Source: Guillardia theta CCMP2712 (Eukaryota > Protista > Cryptophyta). Taken from it: a stretch of 64,000 nucleotides of DNA. A program made the position numbers and the translations under genes. The notes beneath the pieces were generated by a model. That model saw only the letters and a list, made by a program, of their open reading frames with translations. It was not told where the DNA came from and ran no database searches. Below are positions 47,117 to 60,778 of the stretch, one piece after another. Numbering within the stretch: position 1 is the stretch's first letter; each line of letters opens with the position of its first letter. The DNA is taken from positions 784,130-848,129 of the forward strand of contig NW_005434657.1 in the NCBI RefSeq assembly GCF_000315625.1, read 5' to 3'.

Positions 47117-49035
47117 TTAACAGTTGCGAGACATCTTGTACTTGCCCCACACTTCACAATCTCCCTCGAGGCCCCGCTTCAACGGGGCACGGGGAACAAT
47201 CCCGGCTAACTTCTCATCCTTGACATCCATACACGCGTAAGCCATCGCTACATGCGTCAGCAGCTGGGCAGCCGCCACGTCATCTTCCTCCTTGATTTTC
47301 TTAGAGCCCATGGCGGCCGATCCTGAAGCTTGCGAGAGCCCTCGGATCTGTGCGGGGAGGAGGCTGCCCGGCCAAGAATACAGCTGGGGAAGCGAGCACT
47401 TGGCGATGGGAGCCAGCGGGGCGAACGTCTTGTTGCGAGCTGAGAAGGTGATGTACCTCTTGGACGTGCCATGGCCCCTGAGAGGTGTCGCCTTGTTCTT
47501 GACCAGCTGGTCCAAGATGCTTGCAGGATCGTAGGGACCCTGGTGACCACGGATGCTGCGTATATTCAAGCCTCGACCCTCGTCAGCGATGATCTCACGC
47601 ATCATCTTCACGGCTCGCGTCTTCGCCTGCTTCCTCAAGCGATCGGCCACGCTGGAATCCGCTAGGTCGAGCTTGGTGGGATCGTAGAGAAGAGCCATGG
47701 GAATATCCCGAGCAAGCACAACGAAGGGAGCAGGGACCTGCTTCTCGTGACTTTGGATGTAGTCATTGACTGCCTTCGCGTCCTCGCTGTTGGCTACGAA
47801 GACTCGCATCTTAATGTCTGTGATGCCCTCTCCCTGGATTTCAACGCACGTGTGCTGCTCCTTGGGGATCTTGCTCAACACCGTCTCTAACCTTTCACGT
47901 GCTTTGGCTGTTATGTCCTTGGCAAGCACTCCGTCTCCTATTGCTGTGACAAATAGATTTACAGGGAAAAACGCAGACAGCATAGAATCGTTGGTTGATG
48001 GTTGTTTCTTGGGCGGCGAAATATTGGAAGGCAGCTTGTTTTCGATGCCGCATTTGTTCTTTGCTGAGAAAATGATATATCTCTTGCTTCCTTCTGTTCC
48101 CAGAAGGGACGTTCGACTCTGAATGTACTTGTCGAACGACAAGCTTGGTGTACTTGGCCCTGAATAACCGCGAAGGGCACGAAAAGTTGCTCCACAAGAA
48201 GGATCAGCGATTGCCTCCTTCAACATTTTGACAGCTCGTGTCTTTGCTTGCTTCCTCAACCTGTCTGCAACGCTTGCACAAGAAATATCCAATTCTTTGC
48301 TATTGTACTTGACAGCCATGTGGATCTGTTCGATTTCAACAATCATCACCATGAATTGGGGCGAGAACGTAAAATCTTACCTTTTTGGACAAAATGACGA
48401 ATGGAGCAGGTGTCTGTTTCGAGCTCAATGTCAGCTGCAAAGCACTATTGAAAATCTCCTTAATCAACCTGGCTGGGATGGGAAGCAATGTACTCCGTGA
48501 CTGCCTTTGCTTCAATGCTGTTCTCAACAAAGACACGCAGCTTGATATGCATGGTGCTTGCTTCGGAGCTCACATGGACCACCGTATTCTGCTCTTTGGA
48601 GACGTTTCTTACCACCTGCTCGAGAAGGTCTTGTTTCTTCCTTGCTCCTTCTGTGAGAACTTTTCCATCGCCTAAGGCAGCTACAAACAGGTTCACGAGG
48701 AAGTATGAGTCCTCCTTTGTGTCTCCGCTGGGACAAGAATCCCTTGCGCTGCTGTCAAACTTCGGCTGCTTCACCGGAACATTCGATTCTTTGTCGCCCT
48801 TCTCAGCGAAAACCGTCCATTGCCTGAAAATCCAACGTCAGTCTATGACTTTCATCGAACAGGTCAAATACTTGGGAACCAAAGGGGAATATGGTTGAGG
48901 GCTTCCGGTACTCGACGTGCGAGTCCCGCAAAGCAAATCTATCTTGATGCGACGTGAGTTGGAATCTTCGCTCGCAATCTTCTTGCTCAGATCTTCCATC
49001 GGCTGGGTGAGCATGGGAACGATCCAATGGACTTC
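47117..49035 (-). CDS. Hypothetical protein with an internal tandem duplication of a ~185-aa domain (possibly SIMPL/DUF541-like)
   Basis: Two copies of VNLFVxAxGDG...IKxRVFVxNSxxAKAVxxYIxSH..Q.PAPFVxL...SVADRLRKQAKTRAVKM...SKRYIxFSAxNK. The 5' end is unresolved (acceptor-like cag at ~49036). Confidence 0.75.
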
Positions 49036-50629
49036 CTGCGGGAGGAATGGGCGCAGGCCCGCAAAACTCTAGCGAACGAGGTAATAGAGAGATAAAATGC
49101 TGTGGGAAGCTGAGATGTTAATCCTTGTGAGATTCATGCAGGTTGTGTGAATGCACTCCGACTTCGTGAACTAATGGAAGAGCTCTCGACGAGGGGGAAA
49201 TGCGCGGATTTCTCTCAGATCTTAAGCACAAGAAGTCAGCACCCAGCAATACAATTTAGCGAAGCTCTACAGCCTTGTGCATCAGTCATTGTACCCTGAA
49301 TGCTGCTACAGGGAGGCTTGAAGATGAGGAAGTGTCTTGTTGCTCCCCTCAACTACGATCCTGGCCCTGACTGATCGAAAGTACTCATCCGAGTAGGCTA
49401 CAAGGATATGGGTAGAACGCTAGCTTTGACATCGATTCGAATCTAAGGGAACCGTGGTTTGTCCGACTAGCACGCTCGCTAATCCAGCCTAATCACTTCT
49501 CTCGCAATATCTTCGAAAGGGCTGTCCCACGAACAATTGAGATCTTGCATGCAGAACTCTTGTACGGCCCTTCATCTACCATAGAAGACAAGGACTTGTC
49601 TTGCTCTTCAAGCTTGTTCTTCTCCTTCTCTTACTTCTCTCCGCCCCCTCCCCAACCTCCTCCCTCACACTCGATCCCCGATGCTCTCCCGCCCATTCCG
49701 CCACAAACCCCCCGAAAGCCTCACCCACCCCTCCCTGCTTTGCCCAGTCTTCATAACCCTTCCTCTGAATCACCCCCACCCCCCAATTTTACCACCGATG
49801 TACGAGGAAAAATGGGTCCATGAGAGAGGTACCCTACCTCCCTTGTCTCAATCGGTCCGAGGAGCCAGGGGTACCCAAAATATCCGAAAATTTCAAGCCC
49901 GCCCAGATGAACTTTAAAGCAATGGAAAATGTTTTACATTTTAAAAACATAAAAAATATCTAATACAAACTCTAAACAATATAGTTTTATAAATGTGCTT
50001 CAACATGGGGGCCTCGTGTTGTCATTTTGATAGAAACCATTAAGAAGTACAAAATGGAATCCTACAAAACATTTTTTCTCTACAAATCAGCAGAGGGACC
50101 CAGTACAGAAATATTTCTCAAATTACTCTTTTTCAACCACAGTACCCCTCACTTTGGTACCTAAACCCCGAAATAAAATCTGTTTTAGCCCCTGGTGCGA
50201 CCTCTGCGGATGTTTTAAAAGTATTCTATACTAAATACTTCTAAACCCCATAACCTGAGGGACACAGTCAAACCGTGTAGGGGTCATAGTGAAACTCCAG
50301 AGGAAAGCAAAGGACATATAGTCAATAATTTAGCGAGATTTAAGTAATATAGTCAATAGCTACACAGCCGTTAGAAGGGTCATCTATGGGGCCATGTAGT
50401 CAAGTTAAAGTTTGTCGCTTCAAAGAGAACGGTCAGCGGTTGGGAGGGGTAGTACATGAAACTGGTAGAGGATGGGGGTAGTGCCGTGGTGCCAACGGTG
50501 CCAGTGTAAACGGAGTTTTTTAGGCCCAAGTTACTACGGTAAGTTAGTAGGCGCTACTACTGAGATCATTGATCATTACTACCATTGCCAATTCCGTATG
50601 CTAGTAGTATGATACTATGGCACAGTACA

Positions 50630-50925
50630 ACTTGAGCCGGCCTTCGCGCCTGACACTGTGAGGCCCGAGGCCAGCCCCGTTGAGCCGAGTCTCGGACTCA
50701 GCGGCAGTGACCGTACCGTACGGCGCCTGAGGGCCTGAGTGGCCGGGCCTGCCGGCGCCGAGTCCGTCAAACCCGGTAGCTCAGTCGGCGGGACTCGTGA
50801 CGAATAATCACGGGCACCTGAGTCCGCCGCGGCCGGGTCGGAAGCGCCGGGCGGGCGGCCGGGTTCCACAGCCCGGGCCCTCCTAGGCTCCGGAGCCTGA
50901 CTCAGGCCGGGCCCGGGCCCGGTAA
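50630..50925. promoter_or_regulatory. GC-rich palindrome-dense CCGG/GAGTC island in a divergent intergenic region
   Basis: 12 CCGG in ~290 bp (manual count). Palindromes AGGCTCCGGAGCCT, GCCTGACTCAGGC and GGGCCCGGGCCC. Confidence 0.5.
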
Positions 50926-51070
50926 AAATTAGAACAACGAGTTCACCTCAGATCATCTCTATCAGTTGATCAAAAGGCATTCAATTCTTTTAGGGCTTTT
51001 ACTAGGGTGGAATGAATGGTGCCCTCAAAATGTGTGTCATGGGCAACAGGCGAGAAGGAATAAGGAACGG

Positions 51071-51142
51071 AGGAGCAGCAGGAGCAGCAGGAGCAGCAGG
51101 AGCAGCAGGAGCAGCAGGAGCAGCAGGAGCAGCAGCAGCAGC

Positions 51143-51205
<63 letters not shown>

Positions 51206-51328
51206 AGCAGGAGGAGCAGGAGGAGCAGGAGGAGGAGGAGGAGCAGCAGAAGAGGAGCAGCAGCAGGAGCAGGAGGAGCAGGAGCAGGATCAGGAGCAGG
51301 ATCAACAGCAGGAGCAGGAGGAGGAGCA

Positions 51329-51365
<37 letters not shown>

Positions 51366-51463
51366 GAGCAGGAGCAGCAGGAACAGGAGCAGGAGCAGGA
51401 AGAGCAGCAGGAGGATCAGGAGGAGCAGGAGCAGCAACAGCAGCAGCAGCAGGAGCCGCAGCA
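51071..51463. repeat. Compound (GCA/GGA)n microsatellite
   Basis: Direct read. Confidence 0.9.
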
Positions 51464-51747
51464 GAAAAGGTCGAGGAGACAGTGAGGAAAAGCAGCGGGC
51501 GGGGGGGGGGGAGGGGGAGGAAGAAGAGAGAGAGAGGAGAGAGAGAGAGAGAGGGTGCGGTGGGGGGGGGGTGAGTAAAAGAAGGATGCGGAAGAGAAGA
51601 ACACAGGAAGGAGAGGAGCCATGGTAGGAGTAAAGCGAGGGTTAGGAGGAGGAGCGGAGATCAGAGGAGGTGAGAGGAAAGATGAGATGCTTGATTGCAC
51701 CCACCAGGTCAAAATCAGAACAAGCAGGTTGCATTCATGTTTCCAGC

Positions 51748-52498
51748 ATGACGAGCGAAGAGAGCGGAAACGGTGTCGGAGGAGACCTCGAGAAGAAGAG
51801 CAAGGTCGACGAGTGGAAGGCTTACTTCCTCGAGCATGGCCTCACCCCGACAGATCTAGCCAAGGCGCTGGTGGTGCATGAGGTGGAAACCCCTCCCTCC
51901 CCTCCTCCTCGCTCATCTGGATGCAGACGGTAGGGATTTCCTGGCTTGCTGGCAGCTGGGGTTTGTGTTATGCGGTGCAGGTGAGGTAGGAGGGGCGGGG
52001 CTGCGGTGTGATAGCGTGCGTCAGCCCATCAGGCGGCTGGGTTCGAGATACTTCCAGCAGAACATTGACAAGTTCTTCGACAAGGCATTCACGTATGATG
52101 GCAATCCCTACGTCCTCCTCCTCTTGCTCTTCCCAGCCCTCTTGCTCCCTCCTCCTCCTCCTCCTCCTCCTCCTCCTCCTCCTCGTCCCCCTTGTCCTCG
52201 TACTCCTCTTCCTCGTCATCCTCGAACTCGAACTCGAACTCGTGCTATTCTCCTTCGGGTTGCTCCAGCTCAGCTTCTCAGCTCTCTTCCTTCCCTCGGG
52301 TGACGCGTGCTCTGCAGGAAGCTGCAGCCTGTCTTCCGATGGAGCGCCAGGTTTGCTCTCGTCCGGTCGATGGACAAGCAGCGGCTCATCATGTCACTTG
52401 CGGAGTCTTCCATCCTCCGCAACGCCGCGCGTCCAGTGACTGTGCCTCTGAAGCTGTGGGTTGCGGTACAGGTTGTTCTGATGACGAAGAAACGATGA
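51748..52498 (+). CDS. Small membrane protein (4 exons), loosely DUF1279/FAM210-like
   Basis: Spliced product MTSEE...LAKALVVHETVGISWLAGSWGLCYAVQPIRR...RLIMSLAESSILRNAARPVTVPLKLWVAVQVVLMTKKR* with in-phase GT-AG introns. The family call is weak. Confidence 0.6.
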
Positions 52499-52589
52499 TG
52501 AAGAGGAGGAGAGAAACGATGATGGAACAAGAGAGGACGATAGAAACGATGAATGGGAGGAGAGAAGCGAAGGAGGAGTTCTGTGACCT

Positions 52590-53254
52590 TCAAACATTTA
52601 CAATAGCATATCCGATCATCGTGAAGACAACAACATAAATAGAGTTGGCAGGGATGAATGTAGTCGAGAAGTAGAGAAGAGATCCCTGACGAGACTATCA
52701 GTGTACGCTCACGAAAAGAGACTTGGACGAGAGGAGAGAAGCTAAAGAAAGAGTGGGATGTACCTTGAACATGTCTATCCCTGCTACGATGCCCATGGCC
52801 ACAGCCGACTGAACCAGCCCAACCAGCCCCACGAAAACACCTGAAGGCTCTTCATCCTCCTGATCCTCCTCCTCCTCCTCCACCACCACCACCAACCTCC
52901 TCCTCCTCCTATCGCGCATGGAAGACTCACAGAGGAAGTAGAGGAGGCTCATGTCGTATCCCTCGACGCCGATGGGGAAGGAAATGAGCGGCTCGCACAG
53001 CGCCGCTGCTGCTCCGAGATGCATCAGCCCTAGGCTGCTCGCATGTAGTCAGAGACAGTGGAAGGGGAAGAGACGAGGGAGAGAAGGGGGATAGGAGTGA
53101 GGGAGGGAGGGAGAGGGGAGGAGGGATGGGAGTAGTTTAGGACAGAGGACAAGGAGGTATTGGATGCAAGTAACCTGTACAATTCTACCATCATAAGCAT
53201 CGCAGTCCAACCTGCAAAACCCTCCCGTCAATATTACAAAATCATCCACAGACT

Positions 53255-53351
<97 letters not shown>

Positions 53352-55120
53352 AGCAACACCTGGGATGTAGTCGTCGTTCCGGCTCTCCGGCAGGCTCGAC
53401 AGGAACTTGTTGTAGATGATCGCGAGCATCGTTGGCATCAGGCAGAACTCACAAGCTACGGTGACGCCTATCAGGGTCGGGACGTTGGTCTTTCCGTTGA
53501 TCGAAGCCTTGATCCAGTCCGCCCTTGCGATTCTGATTAGGACGGGAACGGCTATACCGATCCCCAGGTTGACCATCAGGTGCAGATTTTTCCAAGAGCA
53601 CATCCTCCTCCTCCTCGCCCTCCTCTCCCTATCCGTCGCTGCCGTGGCTCCAATGCTCGTAGCCTGCGGTTGTACCACGTGGAAAATGTTTCCGTCCCTA
53701 TCGGCGACTGTCCGCTCCTCCTCTTCCTCATGCTCCTCATCCCGAGTGCTTCCCATCTTTTGATCCCCGCCCTCTGTCCCAGCCGGACGGTGCAAGTTCG
53801 AGGCAGCGGAGGAGGCAGGAGGAGCAGGAAAGATCTCAGACAGCGCGTCTTCTGTTTCCATCAGCCTCTCGACACTGACCTCTGTGTTCATCGACACATC
53901 CGACGTCCTCTGATCGGCAAGGCTGTTCGTCTCCTCCACACGATCGTGAACTTTCGTCGACAGGGCGGACTCTACAGCCTTGTCCGCTGCTTCCTGCATC
54001 TTTTCTACCTCTCCCTCATCCTCGACGATTTCCTTGTTGTTGCGCTTGTAAAGACAGGCAGACATAACAGAATTCTCACCATGCTTTCGTCATCGTCAAC
54101 GTCGTCATCCATCTCCTCACGACAGAAATACGTGTCTCCCACCTCGACAAACTCTTTCCGCAGGCCAGGGCTGAAGATGCTTCCCGCCGCTTCGCCTACA
54201 CCAACGTGTGAACTTGGCGAGTTGACTAGATATGAAATCACCTTGCAAGAACTTTGAACGAAGTGACGCTGCCGCACGAAGTGCCGGGATAGTTTCCTCC
54301 TCTTGAGTACTCCTCGTAGCAACAGCTTGCATGTTCACATCCGAGGGCAGATCAGGAATTTCCTTCTTGGCCTCAGGCACTAGTTTTGTAATCTTCTTCT
54401 CCACATCCTTCCAATGCACTCCGTTCGACTCGACGAGAGCTTCAAACTCTGAAAGAGGGTCCTGCGAGCAATCATCAACATTGGTTGTTCTCACTGTTCT
54501 ACAAACTCACTCTCTGTCTAAGAGCAAGTTCCACCAACACAATAGATCTCGAAATGTTCTGCATCCATCTGAACATTGAAAGCAAGAGCTCAGACTGCTT
54601 GTTGACAAGACAACCAGCTATCACTTCGAGTCAGACTTGGAGAAAGAATCTTCATCCTTTGCCAACAAGTTCTCTTTCTCCAAGTCTCCGCTGGCAACAC
54701 TGTTATCCTCCTCGTTTCTTGCATCTCCCTTCCTCACCTCAAGATCAGGGTGATCAGGTTAACCAGCTCTGCCCTCGGCCCCATCTCCGACAGGCTTGGC
54801 TCAGCATTCGACTCGTCCATAGGCACGAGCTGCAGCCATGCACGTGTGAGATCCAAGACATGCCTGCATGGAGGTGACCTGGTCGTTCTGAACAGATCGT
54901 GCGGCCACTTGCGAAGTTTCGAACATCGACGGCAGGTCGACATCGAAGCTCGCGGTCAGGATACTCTCGTCTCGCTCAGAGGGAGCCTCTTCTTCTGTCT
55001 CCTGATGATCAGGGTGAAGCATCCCGACTGACCCACAGCCAGGTGCTGAGAGTAGCTCAGACAGCAACTTTCATTATCTTCCTCCTTTCAACTCCACTGC
55101 TCATCGTCGTGCAGTCCGTT
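52590..55120 (-). CDS. Hypothetical protein with a long acidic, disordered N-terminal region and several C-terminal transmembrane helices; 5' end unresolved
   Basis: ORFs 54801, 54117, 53049 and 52698 plus hydrophobic exons (NLGIGIAVPVLI, LIGVTVACEFCL, GVFVGLVGLVQSAV, IYVVVFTMIGYAIVNV*). Confidence 0.55.
53257..53351. repeat. (CTG)~31 trinucleotide repeat, probably intronic
   Basis: Direct read. Confidence 0.9.
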
Positions 55121-55999
55121 GTCTTCAAACCCAACCATTGCTCTCCCTTCTCTCCTCTCCTCTCCTCTCCTCTCCTCTCCTCTCCTCTTCTCTTCTCTCC
55201 TCTTCTCTCCTCTCCTCTCCTCTCCTTCTCTCCTCTCCTCACTGCCCCTCCTGCTTCAGGTTTCCCGTCCCTTTCGCATTTCTCCCGCCCAGGGCCTCTT
55301 CCTAGTCAAAACGTCTGAGGGGGGCTCGAATCTGAGGCGGGGAGGTGGAGGAGGAGGTGGAGGAGGGAGGAGGTGCGAGGAACAGCAACAGGAGGAGGAG
55401 GAGGAGCAGGAGCAGGAGCAGGAGGAGGAGGAGGAGGAGGAGCAGCAGGAGCTCAGGTTGTGGTTGTCATGATGGCTAAGGGGTGTAGAAGCAGACGATA
55501 TCCATGACGGAGAGGGAGGTTGAGGGATATGTTTGTTACTTTGTGTTGCAGCCTACAAGGAAGACAGTGTCTTGAGCCCGAGCAGTTTCATGGGGAGGTT
55601 GCAGTAGGAGGAGAGGAGGAGAGGAGGAGAGGAGGAGAGGAGGACAGGAGGAGAGGAGGAGAGGAGGAGAGGGGGAGAGGGGGAGGGGAGGAGAGGAGGA
55701 GAGATGTGAAGGGATAGAGAAGACATGTACAGCAGTCGGACGTGCAGCTGGCGTTGCAGCACCAGGTTGAGCTCTCAGCGAGTGTTGGAGGGAGTACTAG
55801 GAAGACTCAGAGGAGGGCGATGATAAGCGCGGTAGGATGGAGCAGGAAGAGCTTGTTGTTCAGCTGAAGCGATCTACTGCCTCAACTCTCGTAGCTCCTG
55901 TCATGTCATGTGCTCAGTTTGGCTGACGGCGCTCTGGTCACAGATCGGACATCAGCACTCGCAAGAGCGTCTCCTCCTCCTCTCTGAGCTGGCAGCGGC

Positions 56000-56460
56000 A
56001 TGCAGGGAATCTTCTCCATGGGCGGCTTCCAGAAGGCGTTCGACGCGGCGAGCAGGCTGCTGCAGGACGAGCAAGATGAGTCCCTCCCCCCGGCTGCCAT
56101 GAAGGACGAGGACGTCGAGTTTGCGGAGGGTCTGACGAGCGACACGTTCGCTCTCTTCCCCAGGGACAAACTTGACAGCTCCTGGGTGATGGTGCCGAGT
56201 CAGGAGCAGCACGCCAAGACCATCCTCGCGCTGTCTCGGAACCTCCAGCAGATTCGCTTCAGCCTCTGCCCCCGCAAACTCAAGGACGAGGAGTTCTGGC
56301 AGATATACTTCGCCGTGGTGCAGAAGGATTCGGCTGCCAGCGAGCTGGACGGCAGCTGGGGTTTCATAGGGGAGGAGAGCGAGACTGTAGCTGGCTGCGA
56401 TGCAGTGTTGGTGCCAAAGAACGATTCGTACTGGGAGGAACTGGAGGGAGGAGAGGAGGG

Positions 56461-56514
<54 letters not shown>

Positions 56515-56524
56515 GGGACAGTGA
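56000..56524 (+). CDS. BSD domain protein
   Basis: QEQHAKTILALSRNLQQIRFSLCPRKLKDEEFWQIYF is a typical BSD signature (L.P..+.EE.FW..YF). Confidence 0.85.
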
Positions 56525-56852
56525 GACCACAATGTGGAGTAGAGGAGAGGATGAAGCTAAAAGGAGAGGAGAGAAGAGAAGAGGAGGGGAGGGGAGGGGA
56601 GGAAACAGTATCTGCTGTTGTTCGATAGTTTGTACTTTAATGTGGTCTAGGATATCAAACATACTTCACGATTCTCAGTAAATTCGTGGAAAGTTACAGA
56701 AATGAGGGAGGAAAAAGAGAGGAGGAGGAGGAGGAGGAGGCAGAATGGGAGAGGTAGGGAGGAGTGGAGAGAGATGGAGGAGGGAAGAGAGGGAAAGGAG
56801 GAGAAGGCAAGAGCAGTACAGTACAGCATTTTCGCTCACAGAATTTACTGCC

Positions 56853-57520
56853 CTAGAAGCTCTCTGCTATGATTTCAACATCAGTCGAGTTTTCGGAGAG
56901 ATCGGTCGTTGTTGGGAATACCCGCTTCTCCTGCTCTGCTTCGCCTTCCTGCTCTTCCTCCTCCTCGCCCTGATCCTGCCCCTCCTCCTCCTCCTCTTGG
57001 TTCTCCTCCTGCTCATGTCGTTCCTGTTGCCCCAGCCCCAGTCCCTCTTCCTGGTCCTGGTCCTGGTCCTGGTCCTGTTCTTGATTCTTTCTCTCCACCA
57101 TCACACTCGACGTGGTTGCTCGTTTCCTCTCGCTCCTCGCCCTCGGCACCCCGCTGGTCTTCCTCCCCCTCCTGCTCTCGTACACGTTGCACGCGGTCTT
57201 GAACCTCCTCCTGCTCCTCACCAGCAGCCCGTCGCCCTGCCCAGCTCTTGCTTCCTTTGGAGGATGCGGATATACTGCTGACTTCTCCTCCCCTCCCTCC
57301 TGCCTACTCCGTGGAATCTCCTCCTCCTCCTCCTCCTCCTCGCCCCCTTCCTCCATCTGACCTCTGTCTTCCGCGTGCTCAAAGAGGCCGAGGAACGTCT
57401 GCCTTGACATCTCGGGAGCATGCGAGACGGAGGAGAGGAGGCGGATGAAGGAGAGAACCAGCCCTCCCGGGACTCCGAGCTTGAGGAGACTGTCGTAGAG
57501 ATGGCTGACAGGAATCCCTG

Positions 57521-57564
<44 letters not shown>

Positions 57565-60500
57565 CTTCCCTTGAGCTCCTCGAAGGCTGCTTCCAAGCTC
57601 TCAAACTTCTCCACCAGTATCTTCTTCACAGCCTTCACGTCCTCTGTGTACGTGTGCTCGATGCGTTCCATGCTCGGCAGGCGAGTCACCGGCGCTGTCC
57701 TGGCAGACACGGAGGAAGAGGACGGAAGCCGCACGGTCCTGCGCATGAAGCGTTCGGTCTGAGAGGAGGAGGGAGTGCAGAAGCGCTGGAGGTCCAGGGT
57801 AGGAAGCGAGATCTGAAACCAGCGGGAAGGAGGAGCCAGGTCGTCTCTCCTCCGCTCCTCCTGCCCTGCGATCTTTGGCAGCAGGGAAGGCTGCTGGGAG
57901 GAGGCGGGAGGAGGAGGGGAAGAAGAGTGCTGTCCTCCCCTTGAGCGAGGAGGAGAGAAGCTGGTGGATCGCTGAGTGACCTTAAGGATGCGATCGGTGC
58001 GGGGGAGGGAGAAATTTCCTTCGCCGTTGGGCCGCCAGAATTTCCTGGTCGTCTGCCAGGGCAGGAGACGAGCAAGTCAGAGGAGGAGGAAGAAGAGGTG
58101 GACGAGAAAGCAAGAAGCCCAGTTCCAGAGGAGGAATGAGGATAGACGGAGTGAAAGAAGGAGGAATGGAGGAGGAAGAGCAGGAGAAAGGAAGGAAGAA
58201 GGAGGAGGGAGGAGGGAGGAGGGAGGAGGGAGGAGGGAGGAGGGAGGAGGGAGGAGGGAGGAGGGAGAGACCTTGATGTCAGGAGCAAGCTTCACTCGAC
58301 TCGAGAAGTCTGACAGCGACCGGTAGCATCTCGGCGTACAACCTTGGGGGATCTCCTTGACGGGATAGAGGAGTGCCTCCTCCCTCGACGGGAACCTGAC
58401 GGACACACGTCAGCGTTATCGCTCCCGCCTCCTCCTCCCTCTCAAACTTCTCCTCCTCCTCCTCTCTGCCCCTCCCCTCTTCCCTCCCCCTCCCCTTCAA
58501 CCTCCTCCTCCTCCTCCTCCTTCCTTCTTTCCTTTGCTCTGCTCCTGCCTCCCTCCCCTCACCTAGCAAGAGACTCCTCATCCACTACGAATCTCCGAGC
58601 GAAGGAGACCATGTGCGCTCCCTGCACGTCCTCGATCCTCCCGAGCGTGTCCACATGCTGCCGCATCCTCTCATGCAGCTCCTCCACCTCCTCCTGGTCG
58701 CTGGTGCGGAACAGCTCCAGCGCATGCGTGTTGTACCTCCGGCAGCACTCCTCGCATACCCACACCTTCTTCCTCGCAAAGATCGGGTCTACCCATGGGT
58801 CGTGACATCTCCTCAGCAGCAGCTGCGCTTCCTTCATGGGCAGGACCCGCTGCAGGAAGCGCATGGAGGGCGGCCAGGCCTTCTTGACCTTCTCCTGGAA
58901 CTGAGTAGCAGCCTTCTTCATCTTGTCGTCCCGCTGCGCCAGCAGCTTCTCCCGGGCAGTGAGCAGCGCGAGCCGATACATCCTCCTGTCCTCCTCTAGC
59001 TGCTGCTCAATGTTCTTGTGCGCCATAGTGACGAGGCTGAAGACGGAAGTGCTCGAGCTCAGGCCCTTCCCGTCTCCCCCGCCGCCTTCCTCGTCCATCG
59101 CTCGCTTCTCCTCCTCCCGCCTCTTCCCCGCCAGCTTCTCCCCCCTCCTCCTCCACCTCCTCTGGATATGGACGACCCTCTTCGACAAGTAGTCCATCTT
59201 CTTTCTCAGCGCGCTCTCGTCCACTTTGCGGCCCTCTGCCTGCTCCAGCAGCTGCTGCAGGCCCTGCACGTGCTCGCTGAACATCCAGAGCGACTTGAAG
59301 AAGCTGGAGTAGCTCACCCGCCCGTGCTCGTTCTTCTCCAGCAGATGGAAGATGATGTCACACTCTGCCTTGTTGTACCCGTAGTCCGCCAAGCTCGAGC
59401 TCAGCTGGATCCTCCCCAGGTCCCCGCTATCGGTCACGTCAAACTCCTCGAAGAGCTCTCGAGCTTTCTGGTGGAGGAGCAGCAGGGGGTTCTGCTCCTG
59501 CGAGATCAGGTTCAGGGTCTCCTGGTGCTTCATCCTGAAGACAACTCGGTTCAACTTCGTCCCAGGACTGCCGATGCGGAAGGCGTCCTCCTTCTTCTTC
59601 CCTGCCTGCCTGGGAAGCTGCTCCATCACCTCTTCAATGATCATCTCCTCCATGTTGCCCTTCCCCTGAGGGTCCTTCCCCTCCTGCTCCTGCTCCTGCT
59701 CCCGCTCCTGCTCCTGCTCCGGCTCCTGCTCCGGCTCCTGCTCCTGCTCCCACTCCTGCTCCTCCTCTTCCCCGAACTCAGCAATCGCGGCGCTCTGCTC
59801 CTGCAGCTCGTTCTTCGAGCTTCGCATCGCGATCGCCGTCTCCCACTCCTCCGCGAGGTACCTGGTCGTGCTAGGTGGGCATAGACCCTCATCCTGCTCG
59901 AGCTCAGAGGCAGCAGAGGGAGGGTCAGACTCTTGGACGAGGTTCTTGTGGGACACAGCACGGTGGACGGGGGAGGGATGAAGCTTGATGGAGATATCGC
60001 CGTCTTGTCGGACTGGCTGGCCCTTGTCGGGTGCGGGAGGAGGAGGGAAAATCTCATCGAGAGAGTTGCGAAGAGCCTCTGCTTGCTGCTCGAAGTCTTG
60101 GATGGAGAGAGCGCTGTGCCATATGTGAGTACGAGAGGAGGAGGAGGAGGAGGAGGAGGAGGAGGAGGAGGAGGAGGAGGAGGAGGAGGAGGAGGAGGAG
60201 GAGGAGGAGAGGGAGTTGTGGTTTGGGGGGGTTGAAAGGAGGAGGGGGAAGGGGAAGAAGAGAGGGAGGGCTCATACTCGTTGAAAACGTCTTGCATGAT
60301 GCGCCGCTTGGTCCTCGGGGTGACTTTCTCGAAGTCTGAAGGGCCTGCATGTCCCCCCCCCTCCTGGTGGTGCGAGGGATCGGAGTCCTGGTCCTTCATC
60401 TTCAGCCTCTCCTCCATCAGCTTGTTCATCTGCCGCCTCCCGTCAGCCTCTCTCGCGCTCATGCGAGGAGCTACTCACGAGCATCTCATAGGTGACGGCG

Positions 60501-60733
60501 AAGTCGCAGGATCGCCCTCCTGTCACTGAGGGAGGGAGTGAAAGACAGAGAGGACCGCATGAGAGTGGAAGGAAGTCGGGAAGAGACGGATACGGAGAGA
60601 AGTGTTCAAGCGTGTTCAAGAGGAAGAGAAAGAGGAAGAGAAAGAGGAAGAGAAAGAGGAGGAGGAGGAGGAGGAGGAGGAGGAGCAACAGAGGAGCAGG
60701 AGCAGGAGCAGCAGGAGGAGCAGGAGCAGGAGC

Positions 60734-60778
<45 letters not shown>

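Noticed and set aside
49400-49460. GATTCGAATC as a tRNA T-loop
   Set aside because: It is not the GTTCRA consensus and no cloverleaf stems could be built.
50540-50620. ACTACT/AGTAGT motifs as Polinton termini
   Set aside because: There is no long TIR partner, TSD or adjacent element genes, and the motifs are too short to be meaningful.
50966-51574. ORFs encoding poly-AG/QE/SR proteins (also 8092-8310, 41960-42474, 60492-60976, 62715-63069)
   Set aside because: They are artefacts of stop-free microsatellites that are open in several frames.
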